From positions 185,690,001-185,754,000 of the forward strand of contig OZ360220.1 in the NCBI GenBank assembly GCA_977017645.1: DNA of 64,000 nt, given 5' to 3'. A program made the translations under genes and the position numbers. This document shows, piece by piece, positions 1-12,552 of this stretch (within the stretch, counting starts at the first letter, position 1; every line of letters starts with the position of its first letter). The notes under the pieces are model-generated. The model was not told the origin of the DNA. It did not search any database and saw only the letters and a list, made by a program, of their open reading frames with translations. Source of the stretch: Torpedo marmorata (lineage: Eukaryota).

Positions 1-3000
1 CTGTACAATGCGCAGTGTCAAGACTTAAATGGTATTTGGGCCATTACACACATCAATGCAATATATATATATGTGTAACTGCCTTTGTGAATATGGAGCA
101 GGTAAACAAGCTCTTGGAAGCTGACAGCTAGGCAGGATTTACCCTTCTGCAAGTTGGATCCTTTTGCAGAAAACAAGTTGTCTTAATGAATTGATTTACA
201 ACTGAACTCAACAGAGACTGCAAGATTAAACAGGCACTGCTTGTTTGACATTTTTGGTAAACGTATGCTGGTATTTTTTGATTCAAATCCTCATTTTGTA
301 TTAACATAATTCAATATAACATCCCGAGTCTCCATATATGGAACATACATTACTGTAGTGACCAGGGTTATAACAAAGTTCCTTCAGTTGATAATACACA
401 TCAGTCCCTGCAGCACAGTTTCGATAATAAAAATGCATCATGCTATTTCTTTAGAAACACAACAGTTCTATGATGAAATTGGTTTCAGTGTCAGTGGACC
501 TGACTGCTGCCTCTTAAGCACAATGTTTTTGCAACCTCTTTTCAAATGGGAGAAATGTCTAGCTATGTTGCAGAAGATAGGACAAATCCTACAGCATTGA
601 ATGATTTTGTCCAGTCAAGCAGCACTAGAGAAAAGTATTTTATTTCTGCCAGTTCCGACTCGTAATCCCTATGGCTTTAGGAGGAAGAAGGGATGCTGAG
701 ATTTTCTGACTACCTTGGAAGTGAAAAGATTAGAAGGTCAGGGTATGGTCTAACTATCTAATATGAATATCTAACTACACATGTTCTTATTGAAACTACT
801 CTTCCTTAGAAGTACCCACCTTATAGCATTGTAGATCTAACACAATATCCATTGGTTTAAACTTTCTCAAAACATACCTATTACTAAACAATGTTGTCTT
901 TAACAACTACATTTTAATTCCTATCATTCTAAGAAGGGTAACTTTAATACAAAAGTACTGCCCTGTTTTAGTTACCCAGAATGTTTCAATATTAGTAAAA
1001 AGAGCATTGACGTGCAAGTTTAATTGACGTATGCATTGCAAGAAGATAATAAAATGAAACTCAGATCACAGTGATGGGCTAGAAATCTGAAACAAAAAAA
1101 TAGTAATGCTGAAACAGACAGCTGATCGTCAGAACTTAGGCAAAGGATTGTTTTGGTCTAAGTTTTTCCCAGAACACCAACAAAGGTTAATTTCCAATAA
1201 AAGCCTTTCCCGATGTACTCCTTCTCCAGAAACCTGACAAAGAGTTGTGCCCAAAACGTCACCATCTTTTCTTTCCCTGTGCTCGCTGCTTGATTTGCTA
1301 ACTGTGTTCTGCAATATTTCTTTCAATTATAAGTAGATAATTCCATCGGCTGCAAGAAAAATGCTGTGATCAGTTTACACTGTCAAATGTGATTAGTCAA
1401 TAATTTATAATGGAGTCTATTATTGCTATTGTTTGCATCTGGAATCTTAATCCAGTCATTTCTATTAAATCAGCAGAAGGACTTTGCAATTGTTCATAAT
1501 CAGGAAAAATCAGAATTCATATAAAGTCTGGAATAAAAAAAGAGGTCAAATGGCTTAAACTCATGGATGGTTGGATTGAATGCACTGATTTCATCAGAGT
1601 GGTTAAGCTTCCTTTTGGTGGAGTGACAGAGTCACCACTGATACTGAGACCATTTTTTACAAATTTAAACATACAGTAAATTCTTAAAATACAGATATTT
1701 CCAGAGATTCATACCAAGAGAATTTTTTTTAACTTTTTTTTCTATTAAATACATCCTGTAAGAAAAAAAGCTGCAACAAAAAGGTGAAAATTGACCATTT
1801 CCAACATGTCCCCTTTAACTACTAACAAAGTGGCAAAAGCACTGTGGGATGGAAACAGTACAATAAGTTGCTGCTGTGGCATCTGCGCCAAACCCACCAC
1901 CCACCCTCCCCCAACAATGCCCTCGAGAGGGAACTGGTGCAAATGCTATTTTGCAGGTCAAAACAAAGCAACATCAGTGGTCCTGACAAGGTTTAGTCAG
2001 TATAAACAATTGATGTTGGCTGTCCTGCTGCATATTCCAGTGAAGTCTGTTCAGCTGCCAACTGCACACTTGGGATGAATAAAATACGGAAAAAAAAAGG
2101 TAACGAAGAAAAATAAATGCTCAAGAGCAATTTTCTGTTTGAAAGGCATGTGGAGAATTAGTTTTAAAAAGTGCAAATCTGAAAGAGTTAATTAGCACCC
2201 TTTCTTAATTCATTTTCTGACTTTTTTCTTCCTTCTGAACTTGCATGTGCTACACATTAAAGATAAGCAGGAATAAATTTTGCTATCAAATTGGGAGAAG
2301 TTCCACAAGGCATGCAGCTGGTTATTATCAGAAGCAGACTTTAATAGGAATAAGTAAACCATGTCTGGTATCTATCTTGGGACCTAACTGCCAGCAACAT
2401 TGCATTGTCCTTTCAAAAACAGAATACTGTACACTGTATATGGGATATCTTTCTGTTATCTTTGTATGGTGTAAGTGCAATGCAGCGGTATGCAACAAAA
2501 ACAAAACCCTTACCAGTGCCATAGCCAAGAGGCCCCAGGTAGATTCCCAGAGTATTCCAGTGTGGTTTCAACACTGTGCAAGATCAACCAGGAATCCTCT
2601 CTGGGTTCATTCATTGGGCGGGTTGCCAGTACTGGATTTGTTGTCAAACCCCATGTGCACTTTCTCTCTAATCATAAATACCAACATTTAAACTCACACA
2701 AACTTTTACTGGAGGCCATACACACTAATAAAAAGACAGTATTCCTTCCGACATTATGAAATGTTTCTGCAAACCAACCTTTCAACACTAAATACAACAA
2801 AATAACCTTCATAAAATATAACTTTTCTCCATTTAAAACTGGATTAAAAATTAGGAACCTACACTTTTTAAGCATAGGATTACACAAGTTCAGCATATGG
2901 ACAGTCTTTTTTGTAATATATAAATTAGGCAACTGGAGAGTTTTAACTCAAGTCCAGCTTCCAGACAGGATTTTTTTCTCTTAAAAATGGCATAATAAAC

Positions 3001-6000
3001 TGGTCTTTCAAAAGCCAGTGTAATCATTTCTTCCCCCAATCAACTTATTTAAAAAATGTTAGCATTACAAAAAAGGGTAATTACTTTAAAATGTTCTTAA
3101 CAAAACTATACAGTGTACAAATTACAGTCTGCAAGGCAGGTGGTTCATTTTCAAGACCCCTCTTTGTTTCCCTCACATTACACAACCATAACAAATCTAC
3201 TAACACTTATTCACTGAGATGCCGTGCTTGAATCATACTCCCACAGCTATTGCTATAGATATTTGTTTTTGCCAGATTTATTTCAATTTAAGTCTCCTTT
3301 GCTATTAATTTTTTCCCAATCTATTGCGCCTTAACTTTTACAACACGCTGGGGAAATGGCCAAGGCTGCAAAGCACTTTAGCAAAAGGCAGAAACAGTGC
3401 ACATAGAACGGGGTGGCTTCAGCTTGTCAGAATTGGCATCCTGGCGAAGGAGGAGAGCTGAGACTTGACTTGAGTTGCAAAGCCCTCTGATCTCATACGT
3501 TTGATTCTCAAGAAGCTCCTTTTTATTATCTCCCTCTTCTTACGAAGAGAAAAGGGACAGAAAGGCTCTTCGGCATACAACTTAGACTACACATCATAAA
3601 AATTCCATAGCCATGCAGTGTGGAAATGATTGGGTAATTCCCCTGTCGATCAAGCCGAGAGCCCATACTGCTGTATGTACCCGAGCCTGATTTTAGGCAC
3701 ATAATTCATAGAAAACTATCCTTTACTCACTGCAATTTGTGGATAAATAACCCTGATTTTAATGGGGAACGTTGCTGTAATTTTTCTTTCCACCACTCTT
3801 TAAATCAATTTTGTTTTCTGAATAAATTGACTTTGTTACTTTAACAACATATTGCTCTGTCATATTCCAGCCAACCTCCAATACATTGCCTGATGAATTT
3901 TCAATAAATACTTCAAGTCAGAGACAACGTATAATAATAATAAAAAAATGTGTTCTCGTTTCCTGGTGGAACTTCAGATTTGTCACTGCAGTAAAGCAGT
4001 ATGAAGACTTGCATCCAATAATCTTCTACTTATGATCAGTCAAGTTAATTAAAATCACCTTTGTTTAAAATTATATTTGGAACCAAATTGAATTTACATG
4101 CTGATTTGAGATTTTTACTACTGTATTCTAAAAAAATGGGCTTTTGGTTGAATTAATACTTAACAACCAGGAATAGATGTGCTGATAATATATATGATAA
4201 AATAAATCACCTTGGGAAGCCAATTTGTTAAGTACTATAAAAATGGAAAAGATTCAACCTTTCTTTTTAATCAAGCAGACTATTAAAGAAATGAACGGAA
4301 GATCAGTTCGCCTCTAAAATATTGCTACACTAGTTCCTGGCTGAATAGAATAAGTCACCTCGGTAGACAAAGAAGAAAACTGTTTTGTTGAGTCATCGGT
4401 GTTGACTATCGAAAGGAAGAATTAAGATCTATAGTTCTCCTTCTAGAATTGGAGGCCAGCGGAGTGATAGGTCTCCACCAAAGTCAATTTATTCCAAGAG
4501 AAAAATCCCAGCTCTAAATTAATATTGAAGCTCAAGTCAAGCCTGTCTCCAGTGAAAATGACAACTTTTTATTTTTTTTAAATTTAATGAGTTCATCTTG
4601 CACCCCAGGTGGAAAGTCAATAGAAGGACCAAGTTGAAAGCTTGTCACAGTAGACAGAACAGTTACTTTGCAGCCTCTGTCTGGCAAATAGCATTATGCT
4701 TCACAGCTGTGTTGTCAAGTTCTCCTTAAAAAAATCCCCCCTCCCAATGCATCCTCCCCTAACCATCTTTTAAGGACCTATTATACTGCATAGAAAGCAG
4801 CACCAACTTTGGTCAATTAAAATGGAAAAAAAAAGCTTACATCACCTAATCTGCATACTAATGTGATAATCAATATAGCTAAAAGCTTTACCTATATAGA
4901 CAAAACTTGGTATTGCATAATTCTTACAAGTTCAAAAATTCCCAAACAAGTAATTGATAGATGAAAAACATGAAAGATTAATAGAAAAAACTTGCCAAAA
5001 ATACTGAAAAATATTACTGGCTGATTAAAAATTTTAAGCACCAACTATACACAGCCATGATATGCTTTATAAATGAGATAACAAAGTCAAAGTATTTGAA
5101 TATTGACAATTAGTGATGTCACACTGTCCTCTGGAGTACAAAATAATTTTTTTTCATACAAATGGTAAATTTCATAGGATGAGCTATAATATATGCAGCA
5201 AACGTGTGCAGTGATGTCACTGTTTTATTTTAAAGGCAAGGCACGTAATGTGGACTATATAACTTCGTGCAAATCAAGGATAGATCTATTAGAGTTACAG
5301 AGAAATAGAAGAGGCAAAATTGACTTGCCATGCACACTGGTGTCCTGCCACTAGCACTATCAGGCAGACAGCAAGGCTAAAGAAAAGCACCATGCAATGC
5401 TCAGCACCCTGTGATTAAAAATAGCGTTTACATGGTAGAGTGCGAAAAATCTTAGCGGCTGCATCCCTGTTGCCATTGTAAACTGCGGTGCTCTTCACCA
5501 ATGCCCTCTATGAGACACCAATTCACCTTGGCATCTGTGTCCTTGGAAACTGCTTATGCCATGCTTTTTTTTCCTGACACACCTGATACATATATATTAC
5601 ATTTTTTTAAAATTCCATAGTTATTGGAGTACAAGGAATCAAGTGCAGAATTTTCAATTCTATTCAATTGCTTTCCTAAACAAGCATGTCACAGCAGGAT
5701 GTGTCCATATTTCATTATTTTCTTTCCTTAATTAATGCACATTCGAAGGGGACGATAAGAACTGTTCAGAATTATTTAAAGGTTATATTGCATCCCCTCA
5801 ATTTAGAGTCCTAGGGCATAAGGACTTACATTAATCTCCTTAATCAGATATGTTAAATTGCACTTGCCTCTTAAGTGTTCTTTTAAAGAATTACTGATAT
5901 TTTAGGGGCAACATAAAAATATCAGTGAGCTTCATTATAGCATTCAAATACTTGCAAACATCTGAAACTTTGAGGGACAATTACTGCTTCAAACTACACT

Positions 6001-6694
6001 ATGGTGCTTTTCCAAATGCAGTCTTGCATCAAATTTGTTCTGTTTAGATCTGTATACTCAGCATTAAAAGTGAAAGGAAAAAGGGTTCAGTGACAAGAAA
6101 CAGCTTGTGGAGCCAATCATTAAATGTAAATCCAGTAAAACTGCATCTAAATCTTTTTCTTTTTTTCGTTTTGTTTTCTGCAGTAGCATAGTGTGCATAG
6201 ACTAATTGTGTGCTTTGTGGGCTTTTTGTCCCCTCAGACAACAATTTCGTAGAAAACACAAAATTACATGTACATTCCTCATCCAACCTTTACCTTACAA
6301 AGTTTAATCTCATCAACCAGGAGGACTAGGCTGTAGTTTGACTACTCTTGGACTGAATGAAAAAAAAGATACCTGAACCCCACTAATTGCCTAAACATGC
6401 AAACTCTTAAACATCTAAAAGCTAATAAGTGTATAATGTTTATCAGATCTGGAAATTAAACATTTGTCCCCTAGTGGATTCCATTGTTCAATAAAGGCTG
6501 GTTGCTTAGACATAATCTGTCACTTTACCATCAAATACTAAAATCATCCTCTTTGTTTCACAGATGAAATACCATTTATGCAGATTTTAAGATTGTGAGA
6601 AATTGGTGATTGTGAGCGCAGCAATCACTTGTCTTGTCTCTGAAGACTTCGCTTTACAATCTGGAGATGCGGTTTGATTTTGTTTTTGTTGTCC
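1..6694 (-). other. NFIB: NFIB long 3' UTR (3' end unresolved; may end inside or beyond the window start)
   Basis: Directly downstream of the stop codons. AU-rich and almost free of transposons, unlike the intron. Many miRNA seed matches and several AATAAA candidates (e.g. 639-644, 3277-3282). Mammalian NFIB has a multi-kb UTR. Confidence 0.65.
1075..1330. mobile_element. Degenerate Penelope pLTR-derived fold-back element
   Basis: Left arm gaaatctgaaacaaaa...atgctgaaa. Right arm cctgacaaagagttgtgcccaaaacgtc...gctgcttgatttgcta resembles the other pLTR hairpins, with a decayed hammerhead core. Confidence 0.45.
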
Positions 6695-6824
6695 TCAGTT
6701 TGTCGTTTCTGCTTGGAGGAACGGTTCACTGATGAAGTTTAAACTGTAATTCTGAACATTTGTTGGCAGGATGGTAGTCCCATTCGACACTTGGAATGGG
6801 ACCAAGCTAGCCCAAGTACCAGGA
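6695..6824 (-). CDS. NFIB: NFIB terminal exon, long frame (S)PGTWASLVPFQVSNGTTILPTNVQNYSLNFISEPFLQAETTN* (used when the 89-nt exon is included)
   Basis: ORF track 6695..6889(-) contains this peptide downstream of the acceptor at 6825-6826. It matches the recalled long NFIB C-terminus SPGTWASLVPFQVSNRTPILPANVQNYGLNIIGEPFLQAETSN, and the phase fits AG|T = Ser. Confidence 0.93.
6807..6824 (-). CDS. NFIB: NFIB terminal exon, short frame SWYLG* (used when the 89-nt exon is skipped)
   Basis: Polypyrimidine tract and acceptor ttttttctctccgcag|TCC TGG TAC TTG GGC TAG. SWYLG is the known C-terminus encoded by the last NFIB exon. Confidence 0.95.
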   Translation of the reverse strand, partial: SWYLG

Positions 6825-7000
6825 CTGCGGAGAGAAAAAAATAGAAATAAATAAATATAACTTAACTTTGTAGATCTAAGAATAATCAATTAATATAATT
6901 GATGTTTGTGGAGTCACGTTAAAAACTCAATAAATAAACCCAAAATTACTGCACAATGAAAAAAAAGTCTCTTGTCTCAGAAATATGTAGTTCTAGGATA

Positions 7001-7451
7001 CACAAAACTCTGATCATCTGGCATCTAATTGCTTGGAAATTCTGATGGTTTGGCATGTGACTCACTCATTCGACTGGAATGTGAGCCAGTGCTGGGGAGG
7101 AGAAGGATGAGTGGAGAATGAGGTGTCCACAACACTGGGGGTTTGGAATGCAGCTGAGGCCAGGGTCTGGAGTGTGGATAAATGTGAACCAGAGCTGGAG
7201 TTAGGTCCAGAACATCAGATGGTCAGAAATGTAAGTGGCCAGAACTGGGGTTCATAGTGCTTGTATATTTCATTATCACTTTAATCTCACTGGGTTCATT
7301 GGAAAATGAATTATACTACTGTGTTACATGTAACAACAGAGCAAAATAAAAGTGTTTGGGTATTAATAGGAGGAACATCCAATAGTCCAGAAAGTCTGCT
7401 GGTCTGGCACTATCAAAGCCCTGAGGGTGTCAGATCATCGGAGTTTTATAG
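7001..7451. mobile_element. Old Tc1/mariner-pogo (Tigger-type) MITE
   Basis: Imperfect TIRs cacaaaactctgatcatctggca / tgtcagatcatcggagttttatag, flanked by TA on both sides. Confidence 0.6.
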
Positions 7452-8847
7452 TAGTTTTTACTTGCACACTATCATTTCAATGGACCTCCGTTCTGGTGAA
7501 AGGCTGTTGATGTGACACATTAATTCTGTCTCCACAGATACTGCACAATTGCTGAGCATTTCCAGTCTATTCTATGTTTAATTCAACAAACAAGAGCTTG
7601 ACTACAAAGTGTTTCAACCAACAATAGAAAAAATATTTTGAATGCTTGGGGCAGCTGCCTTCCAAAGGCAGTTCATAATAAACAACTAAAATCATGTGGC
7701 ATCCATTTTACAGGTTTATAAAAGTATATTACTGGTACCAATCTTGAAATCCTAGATTCTGGAATCATAAGAGGTCTGTAACAAGGTGTAATTAATCCAT
7801 TATGCCTGTGTCAGCCCTTTGTAGAGCACTAAATTTAGCACTAAACCTGCTGTCTTGCTCTCTTCTCGGTCATCTATTACTTAACTATTTCTCCCATTTC
7901 TTCTTAAGTAATATTGTAGTCTGTAATTCAGTTCCCTGTAGCAAAGAATTCTCTTCACATAACCTTCTCCCATCTCTCTTCACATCCTCCAGTGATGAAT
8001 TGAAATTAATAGTCTCTTATCACTGACTCCCACCAGAGGGAATAATCTGTTTCTATTGTCTCTACAAAAATCCTGTATAATTTAAAACATCTGTATTCTG
8101 TATCTTTCTTTGTTCCAATGGAAATATACTCCGTACTTTAAGTCCTTTCACATAGCTGCTGCTTCTCTCTGGCGGACCTTGTCTTACACTCTCTGTGATC
8201 CATGTTTGTCATGGAACATGCAAAACCGCACACAGTAACCTGCACATAGGAACGTGCAGGGGTGCACACAGGAAATTAATGTTTCCTTCTTTTAGGGAGG
8301 GGAGCTGTTAACTACACATATTATGCATGTGCATGCACAATTGTTTAGGTCTTCGCTGTGCTCAATGACAATTCTTGCCCCAGGATAACAACTACTTTTT
8401 ATTCATCCTTATCTGCATCACTTTACCATATTTATTATATATTCCTTCCCATGTCATCTTAAATACCATTAGTCTATGATGTGATTTAAATAACCTGCAA
8501 TGATATTGTCTGTGAATTATTTATTTGAATCTCAATGACACCCTGCTCAGGCATTTCCTTCAATATCATACTCCCATCCATTCTTTATACCCCACCAACT
8601 TAAACGCATGCCTTCCTACATAAGATTGCACAGTCGTGAGAACTGACGAATCACGTAACCCATGCCTCCTTTACATTCCTTTTTTTCCTTAATGTTTGTC
8701 AAAATCCTCTTATGTGCAATCAATAAGTTTTGAGGAAGTGTTCCATATTTCTGTTCAGATTAAAATTAGCACAACATTCCTCTAAAAACTTAAAATCAAT
8801 CCTTGTGCAGTTACTGTCACTTCACTCCCTAATTATCAGGATGTCCA

Positions 8848-9620
8848 AAGTTCAAAAGTTCAAATTTATTGTCAGAGTACATAAATGACATCACATACAA
8901 CCCTGAGATTCTTTTTTTCTGCGTGCCGGCAAAATTTCAACTTATCGGTAGCTGTAAACTGTACACAAGAAAGATAAGTATACAAAAGAGAGAAATGTTA
9001 TCAAAGAAAGAAATGTAAACAAACTGTGCAATACAGAAAAAAATAAATATTCACTAATAAATAATGTGCAAAGTAAGAGTTCTTAAATGAGTCTCTGATT
9101 GAGTTTGTTGTTTAGGAGTCTGATGGTGGAGGGGTAGCAACTGTTGCTGAACATGGTGGTACAAGTAATGTGGCACTTTTATCTCTTTCCTGATGGCAGC
9201 GGCGAGAACAGAGCATGTCCTGGGTGGTGTGGATCCTTGATGATTGCTCCTGCTGTCCGACGGCAGCATTTCATGTAGATTTTCACGATGGTGGGGAGGG
9301 TTTTGCCTGTGACGTACTGGGCTGTGTCCTCTACCTTTCGCAGGGATTTCCACTTAAAGGTATTGGTGTTCCCATACCAGGCCGTGATGCAGCTGGTCAG
9401 CACATTTTCCATTACACATCTGTAGAAGTTTGCCAAGGTTTCCGATATCATACTGAACGTCTGCAAACTCCTGAGGAAGTAGAGGCGCTGACGTGCTTTC
9501 TTTACGATGACATGTTGGGTCCAGGAAAGATCCTCAAAGATGGTGACTCCCAGCAATTTAAATGTGTTCACTGAGTCCACCGCTGATTCCCCCAATGATC
9601 ACTGGATCGTACACCACATG
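8848..9620 (-). mobile_element. 5'-truncated Rex1/Babar-type LINE (RT C-terminus + 3' UTR)
   Basis: ORF 9179-9595 has FKLLGVTI..DLSW..KKARQRLYFLR..FYRC..E..L..CITAWYGN..IKDPHHPGH, typical of Rex/Babar. Ends with AATAAA plus a short TTGAAC-type tandem tail. Confidence 0.85.
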
Positions 9621-10310
9621 ATTCTCATGTAAATGTCCACCAAGTGGAAGAACTCAGGGCTGCTCAGTGTTATCATTCTGATGGCCCTCTGCTGTTGGAT
9701 ACTCCAACAATAGAATGCACACCACCTCCATTTTCTCAGCAGTCATGCAGGGAAATATACTGACTCATTTTATCAGGTTGGATGCGCACAGGTTCAGCAA
9801 CTCCAGTCATTTCAAAAGCGGGGAATGGTTGTGAGGGAGTGAAACAAGTTTCAGATAAGTTTCTTTTTAATTTATTTCAATGAATTGAAATTCATTTAAT
9901 TGTTTTAATTTTACTTCTGAAATTATTTAAATAGATTAGCTCTTTAAAGTTTTTCAGTGCTATTTGACAACTGGTTCAGGTTATAAGCCTGGTTTAACTG
10001 TCAAATCATTTTTAATATTCTCTAATCTTTTATATACAGTAAGAGCTCTTATTCTATCCTTTAATATTGTCTGCTGGGCATTTTTGAAATTGCTTTTTAT
10101 TCCTACTAATTGGCTTTTTTAACTCTAAAGTCGACTTTCAATAACCCTCACAATTATTATGAACTTAATTAGCTCGAACTGTATTCTATTAGCTCATTTT
10201 CAGCATCTTTACTTTTCCTCAGTGATAGAATTTTTGCTGCATCCCAGTTTGCAGCAAGTTCTTCAGATGGCTTTGCATGCAAGATGTTCAATTTACTTTT
10301 TGATCAATTA

Positions 10311-11260
10311 CTGTATATTTCGGCGTATAAGTCGAGTCTTGAAACCCTCAAAAATCTCTCAACAAACGGGGGTCAACTTATACGCCGGATATACTTTTGA
10401 GACCTTAAAATCAGCTCAAAAACCAGTCCACACTGATTCGGCGTATGTCGACCCTTGAAAACACGATACGGCGTATAAGTCGACCCTTGAAAAACAACAA
10501 GACATTTAGAACCCTTCAAAATCACTTTCGCTATCATCGTCTGAGGCAAAGATCTCGGCAAGCACATCCGGGGTCTCACTGTTTAAACAGTCATCGTACG
10601 GGTCCCAGTCTGTATCTGATGAGGCGTCTTCAGCTTCGTCATCAGTGTCCCACAATAAATCATCTCCCGTACCATCAATTGCACAAGAGATACCGCACTT
10701 TTTAAACAATTTTATTATAGTCTCTACTTTCACTTTGTCCCATGCCTTGAGCACGAAGTCACACAGCACATCAAGCGATGCAGCACGCATTGCCCCGCCT
10801 TTTGTAAATGATTTTTCTGCACTCGTCATCCATGTATTCCACTCTTCACGCACGTGGTCTTTGAATGGCTTGTTCAAGCAGACATCGAGAGGTTGCAATA
10901 TAGACGTCAAACCACCCGGGATAACCGCCATGTAAGTATTATGTTGTGCTAATCACCCCCAGCCAATGCCCAGCAGCTCAATCAGCGCGATCGTTGTGGG
11001 TCGACCTATACGCCGGTCAACGCCCAGCAGCTCAATCATCGCGATCGTTGTGGGTCGACCTATACGCCGGTCAACGCCCAGCAGCTCAATCATCGCGATT
11101 TTTGGGGGTCGACTTATACGCCGGTCAATGTGCAACATCTCAGGCATCGCGATTTTTGGGGATCGACTTATACGCCGGATATACAATAAAACCATTAAAA
11201 TGAGGCTGAAAAAGGGGGGTCGACTTATCTGCCGGTCAACTTATACGCCAAAATATACAG
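10311..11260 (-). mobile_element. Non-autonomous pogo/Tc2-like DNA transposon retaining the transposase C-terminus
   Basis: TIRs CTGTATATTTCGGCGTATAAGTCGA / TCAACTTATACGCCAAAATATACAG with TA TSD. ORF 10506-10931(-) IPGGLTSILQPLDVCLNKPFK is the DDE_1 third-Asp motif followed by an acidic tail. Confidence 0.92.
10969..11180. repeat. 54-bp tandem repeat (~4 copies) inside the pogo element
   Basis: cccagcagctcaatca..gcgatc..gggtcgacctatacgccggtcaacg recurs at 10969, 11023 and 11077, with a degenerate fourth copy. Confidence 0.9.
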
Positions 11261-11481
11261 TAAATATGATTTGTAGATTTTAGACTATGCCTGGATTTAC
11301 TGAACTAAGAGCAGAAACTGTTATCAACAACACAACAGAAATGTAGAGGGAACTTTATAACATCTTTCACAGCATCTGGATACTTCAAAGTTTTTAAATG
11401 TCATTGGAATGATTTTGATCAGAAAATACCAGAGATACTCAACAGGTCACGCAGCATCTGTAAAGAAAGAAAGACTGAATA

Positions 11482-11995
11482 CAGGTATCCCCTGCTTTTT
11501 GAAAGTTCGCTTTATGCCATTTGGCTTTTACGAAAGACCTACATTAGTACCTGTTTTCGCTAACCGAAAGAAATCCGAAGAGGATTTTCGCTTTTACGAA
11601 AAAAGGCAAAAAGCGAAAATAGCGTTCAGCGTTTGTTTTGCAGCGAGCCGTTATAGAGGCAGCGCGCACCCCGAGCAACAAGAGTAGCGCCACCAAGCTC
11701 CTTCCCCGGGAACTACACTCAGCATCAAACCGCCATAGCTTTGAACTGTGTCTGTGAGCATCTGTAATTTATCTCAATTTATTTTGTGCATTCGTTAGCA
11801 AGATGTGTCCTAAGGTGTCAGAAAAGCCTTAGAGAGCTCGTAAGGGTGTTATTTGGTAGGTTATTTTTTGGGCCTGGGAACGCTCAAAAAATTTTCCCAT
11901 ATACATTAATGGTAATTGCTTCTTCTCTTTATGCCATTTTGGCTTACGGAAGGTTTCATAGGAACGCTCTACTTTCGGATAGCGGGGGAAACCTG
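11482..11995 (+). mobile_element. Tigger-type MITE (internal deletion derivative of the family at 36648-42956), nested in a pLTR fold-back (~11410-12130)
   Basis: TIRs CAGGTATCCCCTGCT / AGCGGGGGAAACCTG with TA TSD. Shares 5' (gagagctcgtaagggtgtta) and 3' (tttggtaggttatttttt...ggaacgctc) sequence with the long element. Confidence 0.92.
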
Positions 11996-12369
11996 TATTT
12001 CATTTCTGATGAAGGGTCAATGACCTGAATCAAAGGTTCTATTTCTCCCTCCACAGTTGCTGTCTTATTTGCTGATAATTTCTGGCTATTTCTGTTTGTG
12101 TTTCAGATTTCCACTGCCTGCACATTTTTATTCAAGTGTTTTTTGAAATCTAATAAAAGTTGTGTTTATTCCAATAAAATAAGGCATAACATATATCAAT
12201 TAGGAAATGACAGTGGATGCAGAGAAATTAGATTCAAAATTTGCATTTTTGCATTTTAGTGAACAAACTTTATGTGATGATTAAAGCATCCAATATTCTA
12301 TCCATTGGAACTTTCTAAGTTGAAGGGAATATTAAGAAAAACATTTTCTCGATGGAGTACAGTAACATA

Positions 12370-12550
12370 GTAGAGACACAAGAGAGACTACAGCTGCTGG
12401 AATCTGGAGCAACAATATCTTCTGGAGGAACTCAGTGGGTTGAGCAGCATCCATGGGAGAGAAAGAATGGTCAATGTTGACGGTCTTGATGAAGGGTTCC
12501 GACCGGAAATTTTGACATTCTTTATCTCTCACTGAAGTAGCTCGACACTG
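12370..12550. mobile_element. Penelope pLTR-derived fold-back with decayed hammerhead motif
   Basis: gctggaatctggagcaac..ctggaggaactcag..gcagcatc arm, and ttgatgaagggttccgaccggaaat core remnant. Confidence 0.65.
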
Positions 12551-12552
12551 AG

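Noticed and set aside
358-6286. Short ORFs in the 3' UTR region and other 60-150 aa ORFs across the intron
   Set aside because: No recognisable domains, low-complexity composition, and many non-ATG starts; expected by chance.
6606-6628. Hairpin GTGATTG-N9-CAATCAC just after the NFIB stop as a Drosha substrate
   Set aside because: Only a 7-bp stem is visible, far shorter than a Microprocessor substrate. It cannot be supported without folding and conservation data.
10946-11283. Repetitive ORFs in several frames
   Set aside because: Artefact of the 54-bp tandem repeat.
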